Assembly (NCBI GenBank): GCA_026134085.1
Contig: JAOQIN010000015.1
Span: 1 to 38,708, forward strand
DNA: 38,708 bases
Source: Candidatus Methanoxibalbensis ujae
Lineage (GTDB): Archaea; Halobacteriota; Syntropharchaeia; Alkanophagales; Methanospirareceae
Direction of reading: 5' to 3'
The position numbers and the translations under genes were made by a program. The notes under the pieces are model-generated. The model was not told the origin of the DNA, did no database searches, and saw only the letters and a program-made list of their open reading frames with translations. Positions within the stretch are counted from its first letter, which is position 1. Every line of letters starts with the position of its first letter. Below, piece after piece: positions 9,612-18,672 of the stretch.

Positions 9612-10661
9612 ATGGAATGCAAACTTGTCAGGCAGGGATTTGAACCGGGAAGCTGTCAGGTATTTGATTTCAGCACTGGCAGAAGCGGTAAGGCATGTGA
9701 GGTTACGCTGCGGTACAGAGCCGGAGTTCCATACCGGTTGATAGACTCAATTATCCTGTCAAGACCCGAGCATTACCTCTCCATCTACCAGTCGGGCTGC
9801 AACTTTGAGTGTAAGAAATGCCATTCGTGGCGCTTCACACAGAATGCCGTGGGTGAATGGATGTGCCCTGAGGATATAGCAGGAGCAGTGGAGAGGTACA
9901 TGAGCATGGAAATAACATTTGTGAGACGAGAACACGCCACTAGCTGGCATGCACACGAGCTCTGCAAATCGTGTGGCAGTTGCGTCCTGCGCGGTGTGAG
10001 GAGCGAGAACTGTCCCGGTGTGCTCAGTCGCGATAAGATCGTGCTGAGTGAACAGGGCTGGGGACCTGCCCGCAACATAGTCGCTTTCACTGGTGGCGAC
10101 CTGCTCTGTCAGCCCGACTTCTATGTGAGGTCAGCGGAATTGATTAAGGAGCGGAACGAGCGCGTATGGATTCTGATGGAAACCAACGGCTACGGGCTCA
10201 CGCCTGACAACCTTGATCTGTATCAGCAGGCGGGCATAGACTCCTTCTGGCTTGATATCAAAGCGTTTGATGATGAGGTGCACCGGAGGCTTACCGGCGT
10301 ATCAAACAGACGCATCTTGAAACTGCCGGCAGAGCTGAAGGACAGGGGATTCGTTCTTGAAGTCTCATCTTTATTTATTCCCGGATGGGTTGAGACCTCG
10401 CAGATAGCCAGTATCGCCCGCACCATCGCGTCCGTAGATGCTGATATCCCCTTCACCATACTCGCCTTCTTCCCTGAATACAGGATGCGAGATGTCCCGG
10501 TGCCAAATTTGAGGGAGATGATAGAGGCGTATAACGCGGCAAGAGATGCGGGACTGCGAAGAGTAAAGCTCGGGAATCTTCATCTCTTTGTGCATACACG
10601 TGCAGAATACGAGCTGTTGAGGGAACAAATAGGAGGGCATGTGACCTTCTCCCCTCACTGA
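9612..10661 (+). CDS. Radical SAM protein (PFL-activase-like) with extra Cys cluster
   Basis: GCNFECKKC motif, CKSCGSC..C insert, FTGGD, ETNG, LDIKA, FFPEYRM. Confidence 0.88.
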   Translation: MECKLVRQGFEPGSCQVFDFSTGRSGKACEVTLRYRAGVPYRLIDSIILSRPEHYLSIYQSGCNFECKKCHSWRFTQNAVGEWMCPEDIAGAVERYMSMEITFVRREHATSWHAHELCKSCGSCVLRGVRSENCPGVLSRDKIVLSEQGWGPARNIVAFTGGDLLCQPDFYVRSAELIKERNERVWILMETNGYGLTPDNLDLYQQAGIDSFWLDIKAFDDEVHRRLTGVSNRRILKLPAELKDRGFVLEVSSLFIPGWVETSQIASIARTIASVDADIPFTILAFFPEYRMRDVPVPNLREMIEAYNAARDAGLRRVKLGNLHLFVHTRAEYELLREQIGGHVTFSPH

Positions 10662-10770
10662 AGGCATCCACAGGAGGTTCCCATTTCATCTGAGCTTACG
10701 CTCTTTCAACCTTCCGGGCATAGGCCCCGGTCGAAGGCTTCACTTCGGGTCAGCCCCAGGAGGCAGAGCG
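10641..10770 (-). mobile_element. Orphan IS200/IS605 right-end/omegaRNA remnant (GGTCAC-ending family)
   Basis: Minus strand reads GGGGCTGACCC..CCTTCGACCGGGGCCTATGCCCGGAAGG..GATGAAATGGGAACCTCC..GGGGAGAAGGTCAC; homologous to 4408-4505. Confidence 0.62.
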
Positions 10771-10798
10771 AGCAATAACATCTCCGGAATCTATCGGC

Positions 10799-11275
10799 TT
10801 AAAGGCTCGCGCCAAGCATGCTTCTGAATCTCGCATACATGAAGACAAGTGCCTGCGCAAGTGACAAACCAACAATATCAGCAATCAGATCTGCATAACT
10901 CGGCGTGCGGAATGGCACAAATGCCTGATGTATCTCATCTGTGATGCCGTAAATTGTTCCGAAAATCACTGCAAGCACTGCTGCATATCTCGTCATCACG
11001 GGATTCCTCGCATTCTTCAGTGTGAAATGCAGAAGAAAACCGAAGACCATATACAAAATCAAATGTGCAAACTTATCGGGATATCTGTATGGTAAATACA
11101 GAGGACAGACAAGAAATTCAACCCCTATTTCTTCAAACAGCTTTATCAACTCTCGCAGAACACCTCTTAAAAACCCAACATCTGATGGACATGGTGGAGA
11201 AGAAAGTGACGACAGGTAGAAAATAAACAGAGCATACATGCATGTCGATATCAGAAACGCGTGAAATTTGCTCAT
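10799..11275 (-). CDS. VanZ-like family membrane protein
   Basis: IFYLSS, DKFAHLILY, YGITDEIHQAFVPFRTPSYADLIAD. Likely ATG at 11275 (ORF track extends to 11386). Confidence 0.9.
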   Translation of the reverse strand: MSKFHAFLISTCMYALFIFYLSSLSSPPCPSDVGFLRGVLRELIKLFEEIGVEFLVCPLYLPYRYPDKFAHLILYMVFGFLLHFTLKNARNPVMTRYAAVLAVIFGTIYGITDEIHQAFVPFRTPSYADLIADIVGLSLAQALVFMYARFRSMLGASL

Positions 11276-11481
11276 TCCCCTCACTGATGAAAATATGAAA
11301 TTCGCAACTGATAAAATCCTCCTGTGACTGATGTAAGAGTCCTGCCCGTCATCCTTAAGAAATTTTATTTGCTTTATGCCGATCACCTCTTCACCGATTC
11401 CGGTGCTCGTAAACGCTATGGCAATAAAAACCTATGGAAATAAAAACAATAAAAAGGGAAATAAAAAATAAGTGGGAAATC

Positions 11482-12315
11482 CTATCCCTGCCGCTTTCTG
11501 CGATATATGAAGAAGAGACACAGTATCATGCCCGCCGGTATTGCGATTGTGTGGAATTCAGGAATCTCGCTGTATTCAAAATCCTCTATGGTGAGCACAT
11601 CGTTTGTGCAGCTCACTGTCGCCTGAATGTCTGCAGTGCCGTTTCCAGTCACTCCAAGTGCGCTTTTTGGCACTTTCATTTCTATCACATAGTTTGACCA
11701 TCCATTATCCCCGCTCCAGTCCTGATACAATTCGTACACAACATCAGCATGTCCTGTGCGTGTGCCGCTGACCATGTTGCTGAACTCCGCACAATTCTGG
11801 GCTACTTCCGGGTTGAGCCTCTCCCAGTCGGGCATGTAGAACACATCTCCTATTGTGCCGTTGACTGTTCGTGAGTCGTTTGTCAGTTTTATGCCATATT
11901 CATATCCGTATTCGCCTGAGCCGTCGTCATTGTCCATGTTCAGCGCGAGATCGCCAGCGATGAGATGATGCGAGCCGTCATAATTATAGTAATCATATCC
12001 ATCAGGAGGCATTGAGAGAATGACAGCGAAATAGAGATATGAATCGTTTATATCTGCCACATACAGCGCCTCAACATCGCATTGCTCTATGCCCGGGTTA
12101 TGAATGGATCCCGTGGATGTCGGACCGGAGGGCCAATTGTCATATACATAGTAGGCAGGCGGGTCTGCGATCCAGTCTCCGGATGAAGGATTGACACCCC
12201 AGTCATCAAGATCGCCATCAATTGTATATGCGGCTGCTGCTGCTGCAGACATTGCAATCATGATCAGAACAGCAAGCGACAGGGTGAAAGATTTTCTCCA
12301 GATCCTCTCATTCAT
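11482..12315 (-). CDS. Secreted PEF-CTERM sorting-domain surface protein
   Basis: Signal peptide, IDGDLDDW motif, acidic body, C-terminal IPEF + TM helix + RRKR. Confidence 0.9.
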   Translation of the reverse strand: MNERIWRKSFTLSLAVLIMIAMSAAAAAAYTIDGDLDDWGVNPSSGDWIADPPAYYVYDNWPSGPTSTGSIHNPGIEQCDVEALYVADINDSYLYFAVILSMPPDGYDYYNYDGSHHLIAGDLALNMDNDDGSGEYGYEYGIKLTNDSRTVNGTIGDVFYMPDWERLNPEVAQNCAEFSNMVSGTRTGHADVVYELYQDWSGDNGWSNYVIEMKVPKSALGVTGNGTADIQATVSCTNDVLTIEDFEYSEIPEFHTIAIPAGMILCLFFIYRRKRQG

Positions 12316-12693
12316 GTCTGATTCTTCACCTCCTGATTTCTTATTCTCCCCGCACTTTATAAATTGATAAGTTTCTTAAACATATGTTTGAAACATATAC
12401 AGCATATTTCCAATCCGATTTTAATATTTAAACTCAAATAGCAGTTATTTTTACCCTTAGTAAGGAAAATTAATATGAATTTTTAGTATATATGAATGTC
12501 CGATAACTTCATAGAACAAAAACGATGAAAAATATTTGATGAACAGCGGGCGGCAGTGAGGCGTGCAGCAGGGGTATGAGAGAGGAAAAAGAAAAAGGGA
12601 AAAGGTGGGAAGAAGGGGAAAAGGCAAAGTGCGAAGCGAAGAAGTGAAAAAGAGAAAAAGAGAAAAAGCAAAAAAAAAAGGAGAGAGGAGAAC

Positions 12694-13281
12694 TTATGCT
12701 TGACGCCTGCGGCGATTGAAGAAGAACAGCAGCCCGAGAATCGCAGCAGCTGGAATAGCGATTGTTGAAAACTCAGGTATGGCTGTCGCGTATACTGTGG
12801 AGCTAGCGCTATCCCATGTGCTACCATAAATATAGCCGTCCTCAACTTTGAACTGATATTTCGTGTCTGTTGAGGTGCCGACATGCTTCACACTGAGCGT
12901 GAGTGTGGCAGAGTTTGCGCCTCCATCCCACCAGTTCCATGTCTCGTTGTTATTCAACCATCCTGATGAGTTTGCTCCATGATAGAATTTGAACTGCAAA
13001 TCATTCAGCGTTCCACTACCATATACAATGCCTGAGACCCACGCTTTTATGGTGTGGTTGTTCGATGTGCCACTATTCTGTATATCCGTTATGGACACAG
13101 TATAATTGACAACTTCGCCAGGCGTCATGTTTTGATTGTCTGGCTGAACATTCATGTTCTCCGGATCGGGCTCTGCAGATGCTGTGCATATTATCATCAT
13201 CGTTATGATAGCCGCCACAAGCGCCGCAACTGTTTTCATCTTCTTCGCATTCATCATTGTACTACTTGATGCCATCTCCAT
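12694..13281 (-). CDS. Secreted PEF-CTERM sorting-domain surface protein
   Basis: Signal peptide (..TASA|E), many N-x-S/T sequons, C-terminal IPEFSTIAIP + TM + RRRR. Confidence 0.9.
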   Translation of the reverse strand: MEMASSSTMMNAKKMKTVAALVAAIITMMIICTASAEPDPENMNVQPDNQNMTPGEVVNYTVSITDIQNSGTSNNHTIKAWVSGIVYGSGTLNDLQFKFYHGANSSGWLNNNETWNWWDGGANSATLTLSVKHVGTSTDTKYQFKVEDGYIYGSTWDSASSTVYATAIPEFSTIAIPAAAILGLLFFFNRRRRQA

Positions 13282-13447
13282 ATAAATAATTGCGTATCAC
13301 AAACATATGCCGGTAATAAAAATAACAAAATAATTATGATATATTCATAAAGAATGAGAGCGGAAACAGCGAGAGAGCAGTAAGCATTGCTGTTGCCAGA
13401 AGATGAATGTTGTGCTTGAGGCCGTGCTCGGCTGATGCCGCCTCCAT

Positions 13448-14653
13448 TCAGCTTTTATGACATGTTCTGGCACAGATTCCAGCTTGGAATGCGTGGTAGA
13501 ACGAAAAGCCCTCAGCCATTTTCTGCTCTGTTTTTGCATCAAATGAGACATCTTTTGTGAAGATCGCGTTTGGCGATTTTCTTCCCACCACAATTGCGTT
13601 GCCTTTATGAAGTTTCACGCGCACTGTGCCGCTCACTCTCTCCTGTGTTTTGTCTATGAAAGCGTTCAGCGCTTCATAAAGGGGCTCAATTGTGAGACCT
13701 TTGTATACGAGTTCGCTCCAAACGGCGTCAGCAATGCTCTTGAACTGGATCTCGGCTCTTGTAAGGACGAGCCTCTCAAGGTCTGCGTGTGCGTTCAGCA
13801 GGATTGTGGCTGCCGGATGCTCGTATATTTCCCGTGATTTGAACCCGAGAACCCTGTCCTCAACGATATCAGTGCGACCTATGCCGTGCTTTCCGCCTGT
13901 TTTGTTCAGACTGAGTATGAGGGATACGCCGTCCATGCGATTGCCGTCGAGCGATACGGGAATTCCCCGCTCAAAATGTATCTCAATGATCTCATCCTCA
14001 GGCGCCTCGGCAGGTGAGACAGTCCATTGAAATATCTCCTCGGGCGGTTGAAATGCGGGGTCTTCAAGCTCAGCACCCTCAATGCTCCTGCTCCATAGGT
14101 TCTCATCTATGCTCCAGCGATGCTCCTTCTCAACATGAATTCCGTGCTCCTCAGCATATTCACGCTCCTCCTCTCTTGTGAGGTTGAGCTCACGAATGGG
14201 CGCGACGATTTCAAAGCGAGATGTGCGGAACACCGCGTCAAATCTCAACTGATCGTTTCCCTTTCCCGTGCAACCGTGAGCAACAGCATCCGCACCCTCA
14301 TATGCGGCCACCTCAAGCACTTTCATCGCGATCACCGGTCTCGCAAGCGCAGTTCCCAGCACATAGCCCTCGTAGCTCGCATTCGCCTTAACTGCTCTGA
14401 ATATCATTTCAACGAATTCATCCTTGGCATCCACGACAACATGCCTGTCCGAGAGTGATGATGCCCGCTTTTTCGCACGCTCTATGTCAGCAGGAGGCTG
14501 ACCGACATCCACAGTGACAGCGATCACCTCTTCAAATCCATATTTCTCACGCAGCAGAGGAATGCAGACAGATGTGTCCAGTCCTCCCGAATACGCAAGA
14601 ACAACTTTCCTGCCACGCCTTTTCGTGTCAGCAGTCATTTTCACATCACGCAT
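13448..14653 (-). CDS. argG: Argininosuccinate synthase
   Basis: LAYSGGLDTS, HGCTGKGNDQLRF, SIDENLW, KSREIYE. Confidence 0.97.
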   Translation of the reverse strand: MRDVKMTADTKRRGRKVVLAYSGGLDTSVCIPLLREKYGFEEVIAVTVDVGQPPADIERAKKRASSLSDRHVVVDAKDEFVEMIFRAVKANASYEGYVLGTALARPVIAMKVLEVAAYEGADAVAHGCTGKGNDQLRFDAVFRTSRFEIVAPIRELNLTREEEREYAEEHGIHVEKEHRWSIDENLWSRSIEGAELEDPAFQPPEEIFQWTVSPAEAPEDEIIEIHFERGIPVSLDGNRMDGVSLILSLNKTGGKHGIGRTDIVEDRVLGFKSREIYEHPAATILLNAHADLERLVLTRAEIQFKSIADAVWSELVYKGLTIEPLYEALNAFIDKTQERVSGTVRVKLHKGNAIVVGRKSPNAIFTKDVSFDAKTEQKMAEGFSFYHAFQAGICARTCHKS

Positions 14654-14672
14654 CCCCGCTCCCGACAGACAT

Positions 14673-15230
14673 TCATCTCGCGCGCTTGTATTTCACAATT
14701 CTCATTCCCTCAGCGAAGAACTCACCGCTTATATGTGCGAGTATCTCAGCGCGCTCAACATTTAGCACGCCATCCCAGAGCTCATCCCTCACTTCAGCGT
14801 GGAGAACCCTCCCCACAATCCACACATGATCTCCCAGCTCCGTGCTTTTTTCCATTTTGCATTCTATCCACGCCTTCGCCTCTTTTATGCGAGGAGGCCT
14901 GACTGTTTTCGCAGCAACCTCTGTGAGAGAGGCATGCTTCAACTCGTTCTCCTCATATGGAAAATCATGTTCAAGTATGTGCATCTTTTCTCCCATGTCC
15001 CTGCCGACCACATTCGCGACGAACTCCCCATTTGCTTTGATGTTTCTCCATGTGTCATGCTCGGGACTGCATGAGAAGCCGAAAAGAGGAGGATCAAAGC
15101 TTATCGGTGAGGAGAAGCTGAAGGGTGCTGCATTCGGTATGCCTCGCTCTGACACTGTCGTTATGACCACCACAGGACGGACAAGAAACTTCGGAAACAT
15201 ATTCGCCTCTATTTCCATCTCATACCTCAT
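14673..15230 (-). CDS. Flavin reductase-like (FMN-binding split barrel) protein
   Basis: PVVVITT..NAAPFS, DTWRNI..GEFVAN, IECK, LGDH. Start at 15230 or 15218. Confidence 0.9.
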   Translation of the reverse strand: MRYEMEIEANMFPKFLVRPVVVITTVSERGIPNAAPFSFSSPISFDPPLFGFSCSPEHDTWRNIKANGEFVANVVGRDMGEKMHILEHDFPYEENELKHASLTEVAAKTVRPPRIKEAKAWIECKMEKSTELGDHVWIVGRVLHAEVRDELWDGVLNVERAEILAHISGEFFAEGMRIVKYKRAR

Positions 15231-15389
15231 ACGATTCAGATATAAAAAAAGATGCGCATTGCTTCCTCGCACGGCTGACATAAAAAATCACAATCTGCTG
15301 TAAGAAGCTATAATTCCAGACTCCATGAATGACCGCAGCAAATGCAAAATTGAGATGCTGTCGGGAAGAGGGGCATGGGCAGAAAGCAG

Positions 15390-15464
15390 GGGCCCGTGGC
15401 TCAGCATGGACAGAGCACCGGCCTTCTAAGCCGGGGATCGCGGGTTCAAGTCCCGCCGGGTCCG
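15390..15464 (+). tRNA. tRNA-Arg(TCT), copy 1
   Basis: GGGCCCG/CGGGTCC acceptor stem, CCGGC-CT-TCT-AA-GCCGG anticodon arm, GTTCAAGT T-loop. Confidence 0.96.
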
Positions 15465-15594
15465 CTCATTCTCAAGCAAGCGATGACCTTGCGCTTTGAC
15501 AGGCGACATGCCAGAGTATATGAACCGAAAATTTGATTAAAATAAATTAAAATAGATATAAATATTAGGTCAGCGGGGGCAATGTATGCGTTGA

Positions 15595-15863
15595 CTGGAG
15601 ATGTACTGTGGCTTTTTCCGTGTCAGAGGATAAGCATATTTCAACCAGAACAGTTCAGACAGTCTTTGAGCAAGCAATTAAAAAGGATGCAACGGTTCAT
15701 CTAAGGCATTCATTCGCAACCCATTTACTCAGAGGAGTTTATCTGAGATGCATTCAGGAGATGTCTGGACATAAGCATTTGGATGGAGATTTATACTCAT
15801 GTTGCGATGAAAGATTTGAGAAGGATAAGAAGTCCGCTAGATATACTTGGGGGTGATGTGTAA
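15595..15863 (+). pseudogene. Tyrosine recombinase C-terminal remnant (IntI/XerD-like, SPLD tail)
   Basis: Across frameshifts: WLFP / HISTRTVQTVF..IKKDATVH-LRHSFATHLL..IQEMSGH / MEIYTHVAMKDLRRIRSPLDIL* (stop 15861-15863). Confidence 0.9.
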
Positions 15864-15873
15864 GAATGATTGG

Positions 15874-15960
15874 GAAGTTCGTGTATACTGCCAAAATTGG
15901 AGATAACACGAAGTTCGTATATCCTTCCAAAACCGGACAAAAGGCGAATTTCGTATATAC
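15874..15960 (+). repeat. Three 15-bp direct repeats at exact 36-bp period (putative attI-like recombinase binding array)
   Basis: GAAGTTCGTGTATAC (15874), GAAGTTCGTATATCC (15910), GAATTTCGTATATAC (15946). Confidence 0.85.
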
Positions 15961-16002
15961 TATATACGCCATTTCGGCTGTGCTTAATAAAGGTGAGGAA
16001 TT

Positions 16003-16638
16003 ATGAATAGCATTGAAATCTTTGAAAGGTATGCTCAAGAATATGATGAGTGGTTTGATGCAAATAGATTTGCCTATGAGTCCGAAGTTCAGGCTTTAAA
16101 GAAGTTCGTTCCAAAAAATAGTAAGGGTTTGGAGGTTGGAGTGGGTACAGGAAGATTTGCAGTTCCTCTTGGTATTGGGGTTGGGGTGGAGCCTGCAAAA
16201 GCAATGGCAGATATAGCACGGAAACGTGGAATAGAGGTTTATGAAGCAAAGGCAGAAAAACTTCCTTTTGATGATTCTTCTTTTGACTTTGTATTAATAG
16301 TTGTAACAATATGTTTTGTGCAAAACCCCATGCAAGCACTCAGGGAAGCAAAAAGAGTTCTTAAACCGGGAGGATATATCATTATAGGTATGATTGACAG
16401 GGAGAGTTTTCTTGGCAAACTGTATGAATCAAAGAAGAAAGAGAGTAAATTCTATAGGCATGCCAACTTTTATTCTACCAGACAGGTTTTGGATTGGCTT
16501 AAAAAATTGGAGTTTGAATATATCAAAACCTGTCAGACAATCTTCAAAGATCCCAAAAAAATAACGGGTATTGAACCTGTTAAAGAAGGTTATGGTGAAG
16601 GAGGTTTTGTTGTAATTTCCGCACAGAAGCAGGCATAA
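16003..16638 (+). CDS. Class I SAM-dependent methyltransferase (cassette 1)
   Basis: LEVGVGTGRF motif I, AEKLPFDDSSFD, EAKRVLKPGG; GGTGAGG SD. Confidence 0.93.
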   Translation: MNSIEIFERYAQEYDEWFDANRFAYESEVQALKKFVPKNSKGLEVGVGTGRFAVPLGIGVGVEPAKAMADIARKRGIEVYEAKAEKLPFDDSSFDFVLIVVTICFVQNPMQALREAKRVLKPGGYIIIGMIDRESFLGKLYESKKKESKFYRHANFYSTRQVLDWLKKLEFEYIKTCQTIFKDPKKITGIEPVKEGYGEGGFVVISAQKQA

Positions 16639-16641
16639 ACA

Positions 16642-16943
16642 TGAAAATGGGGATTGTAGTCTATTCAAACTACTCGGCAGTATGGAACGCATTTCGGTTT
16701 GCAAATTTTACATTGGAAGAGAGCGACAAAATAAAGGTAAAGGTGTAGAATGCGCTGGACATGGATAGATTTAAGGTGACAGAGCAGATGCAGACGTTGG
16801 TTGATAATGGAGGAGATATTTTTGCTTGCGGCAACTGTCTCAAAATCAGGCAATCCGAAGGTTCGGAAGTGTGCCCGTTGTCAACGATGAAAGATCTGTA
16901 TGAGATTGTGAAGGAGAGTGATAAAGTTATAAAGTTATTCTGA
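16642..16943 (+). pseudogene. DsrE family pseudogene (cassette 1), paralogue of 3956-4273
   Basis: MKMGIVVYSN..VWNAFRFANF..KV / KGVEC / LDMDRFKVTEQMQ..ACGNCLKIRQSE..CPLSTMKDLY; small deletions cause frameshifts. Confidence 0.88.
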
Positions 16944-16976
16944 CCGCACAGCCGAAACACGCTCACTTCGTTCGCT

Positions 16977-17059
16977 GCGTATAACAGCGGATAAAAGGTA
17001 AACCAAAGATTTCCCCAATTTGCTACATAAACTTCTTTTATCAGCAAACCGTTATATGC
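16977..17059 (+). other. attC-like recombination site 1
   Basis: GCGTATAAC-A-GCGGATAAAAG ... CTTTTATCAGC-AAACC-GTTATATGC: nested inverted repeats with AAC/GTT cores, just after the cassette's last stop codon. Confidence 0.75.
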
Positions 17060-17092
17060 AATTGTGGGATATACCAGCAGGAGGCTTAACGC

Positions 17093-17970
17093 ATGAGATG
17101 CATCTTAAACGTGAATGGACTGGAGCATGCTTTTCTAAGAGAGTTTGGATGCAATTGCAATGCAGTAAACCAAGAAAAGTAGCGAACACCTCCATTTGGT
17201 AGTATTGGATGAAGACTATCCCTTTCATATCTTGTTTGATGTGGGAATGCACGTCGTAGATAGCCTTTGCGATATCCCATACTTCAAATCACATGCTAGG
17301 TATAAATGTGTAAAACCTGGAAAAGGTATTTGGACCGAAACAACAAGCCTTGGGAACCTATTAAGACGTGGTGCCGGAGTGGAACAGCAGAGTGGCTTCA
17401 AATAAACCATTATGAGTGGAATAAGTTTTTAAAACCTCACATTTCAAGTGAATTCAAGCCGCCGGGTAGCTTGTTCCATTAATATTGAATTCTTAATATA
17501 GAATTCTCAGATGTTGAAGTTGTACCGGTCGCAGTGTCTCATTACAGTGCAGATATCAAACCAAGAAATCCTAAAGAATATTTACCATGTTCGGCCTCAT
17601 TCATAATCAAAAGAATAAGAAAGCTGTGCCGGGATATTGATAACAGCTATGGGATATTGATAACAGAAATGACTGGATTGTAAAACCCAAAGACGAGCAA
17701 AAAGAAGCAGTTGATTTGATGTCTAATGCGGATTACCTATTTATTGAATGTAATACATGGCGAGTTGAAGGAGTAGGTCACACCACTTTCTTAAAAGCTG
17801 AGGAGTATATTAAGGCGCTTAGACCAAAGCAGACATTTTTAGTTCATCTGAGTGGCCATGAGGATAGACCACAGGTTATGACAGGGATGATAAAACATGG
17901 GAAAAAGAAGCAGAAAAGGTTCTTAAAAGAGAGAAATTTATATACCGGTTCAAGTGCCAGAAAGTGCCAG
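17093..17970 (+). pseudogene. MBL-fold metallo-hydrolase (PhnP/PqqB-like) pseudogene (cassette 2)
   Basis: GGAGG SD, then fragments FGCNC / C..RKVANTSI / HILFDVG..VVDSL / VPVAVSHY / ADYLFIECN..GHTT..ALRPKQTFLVHLSGHE. Confidence 0.75.
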
Positions 17971-17978
17971 AAACAACA

Positions 17979-18062
17979 GCAGATAACAGAGCGTATCTGG
18001 CTTCTGCTACCGCCTCCGCCCAAATTCCCCCTTCGGGGCAGATACGCTCAGAACATTAGGCG
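17979..18062 (+). other. attC-like recombination site 2
   Basis: GCAGATAAC-A-GAGCGTATCTG ... CAGATACGCTC-AGAAC-ATTAGGCG. Perfect 11-bp arms, internal CCCC-TTC-GGGG hairpin, core G mutated to A. Confidence 0.75.
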
Positions 18063-18092
18063 AAATTACAGCCGTAAGAGGAGGATGGGAAT

Positions 18093-18668
18093 ATGAGAAT
18101 AACAGCTATCAACGGAAGTCCCCGAAAAGATGGGAGAATAAGCAAAATAGTTGATGAGATTATCAAAGGAGCGGAGGAGAACGGCCACGAATGTGAGATG
18201 ATTTATTTGGTGGATTTAAACATTGAGGATTGCACAGGCTGTATGTCGTGCCAGGAGAAAGGAGCATGTGTGTTTCGGGATGATATTGAGAAGATAGAGG
18301 AAGCGATCAAAAGATCTGATTTGATTATATGGGCAAGTCCAACACACTGGGCAAATGTATCGGGTTTGATGTTAAGGGTATTTGAGCGATTGTTTGGTTT
18401 TCTTATCAAAGAGCAACCGAAAGGGACTCCACTCAAGCGGAATGCAAAAGACAAGAAAGCAATTCTTGTAACTGCCTGCAGCACGGCAGGACCGTTCAAC
18501 TGGATTTATAATCAATCCCGCTCCTGTATTAGCCGAATGCGTGAGATGTGCAAATGGAGCGGACAGGAAATAGTTGGCACATTTGTATTGCCCGGCACAT
18601 TAACGATGAAAGATATACCAGAAAAATATCTCAAAAAAGCAAGAGAGATTGGGAGGAGAATTAAATAA
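18093..18668 (+). CDS. Flavodoxin family / iron-sulfur flavoprotein (cassette 3)
   Basis: INGSPRKDG, CTGCMSC..C, ASPTHW motifs; GGAGG SD. Confidence 0.92.
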   Translation: MRITAINGSPRKDGRISKIVDEIIKGAEENGHECEMIYLVDLNIEDCTGCMSCQEKGACVFRDDIEKIEEAIKRSDLIIWASPTHWANVSGLMLRVFERLFGFLIKEQPKGTPLKRNAKDKKAILVTACSTAGPFNWIYNQSRSCISRMREMCKWSGQEIVGTFVLPGTLTMKDIPEKYLKKAREIGRRIK

Positions 18669-18672
18669 AGAA

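Noticed and set aside
15874..15960. Mini CRISPR array
   Set aside because: Repeats are 15 bp and imperfect with 21-bp spacers, and no cas genes are present; a recombinase-site reading fits better.
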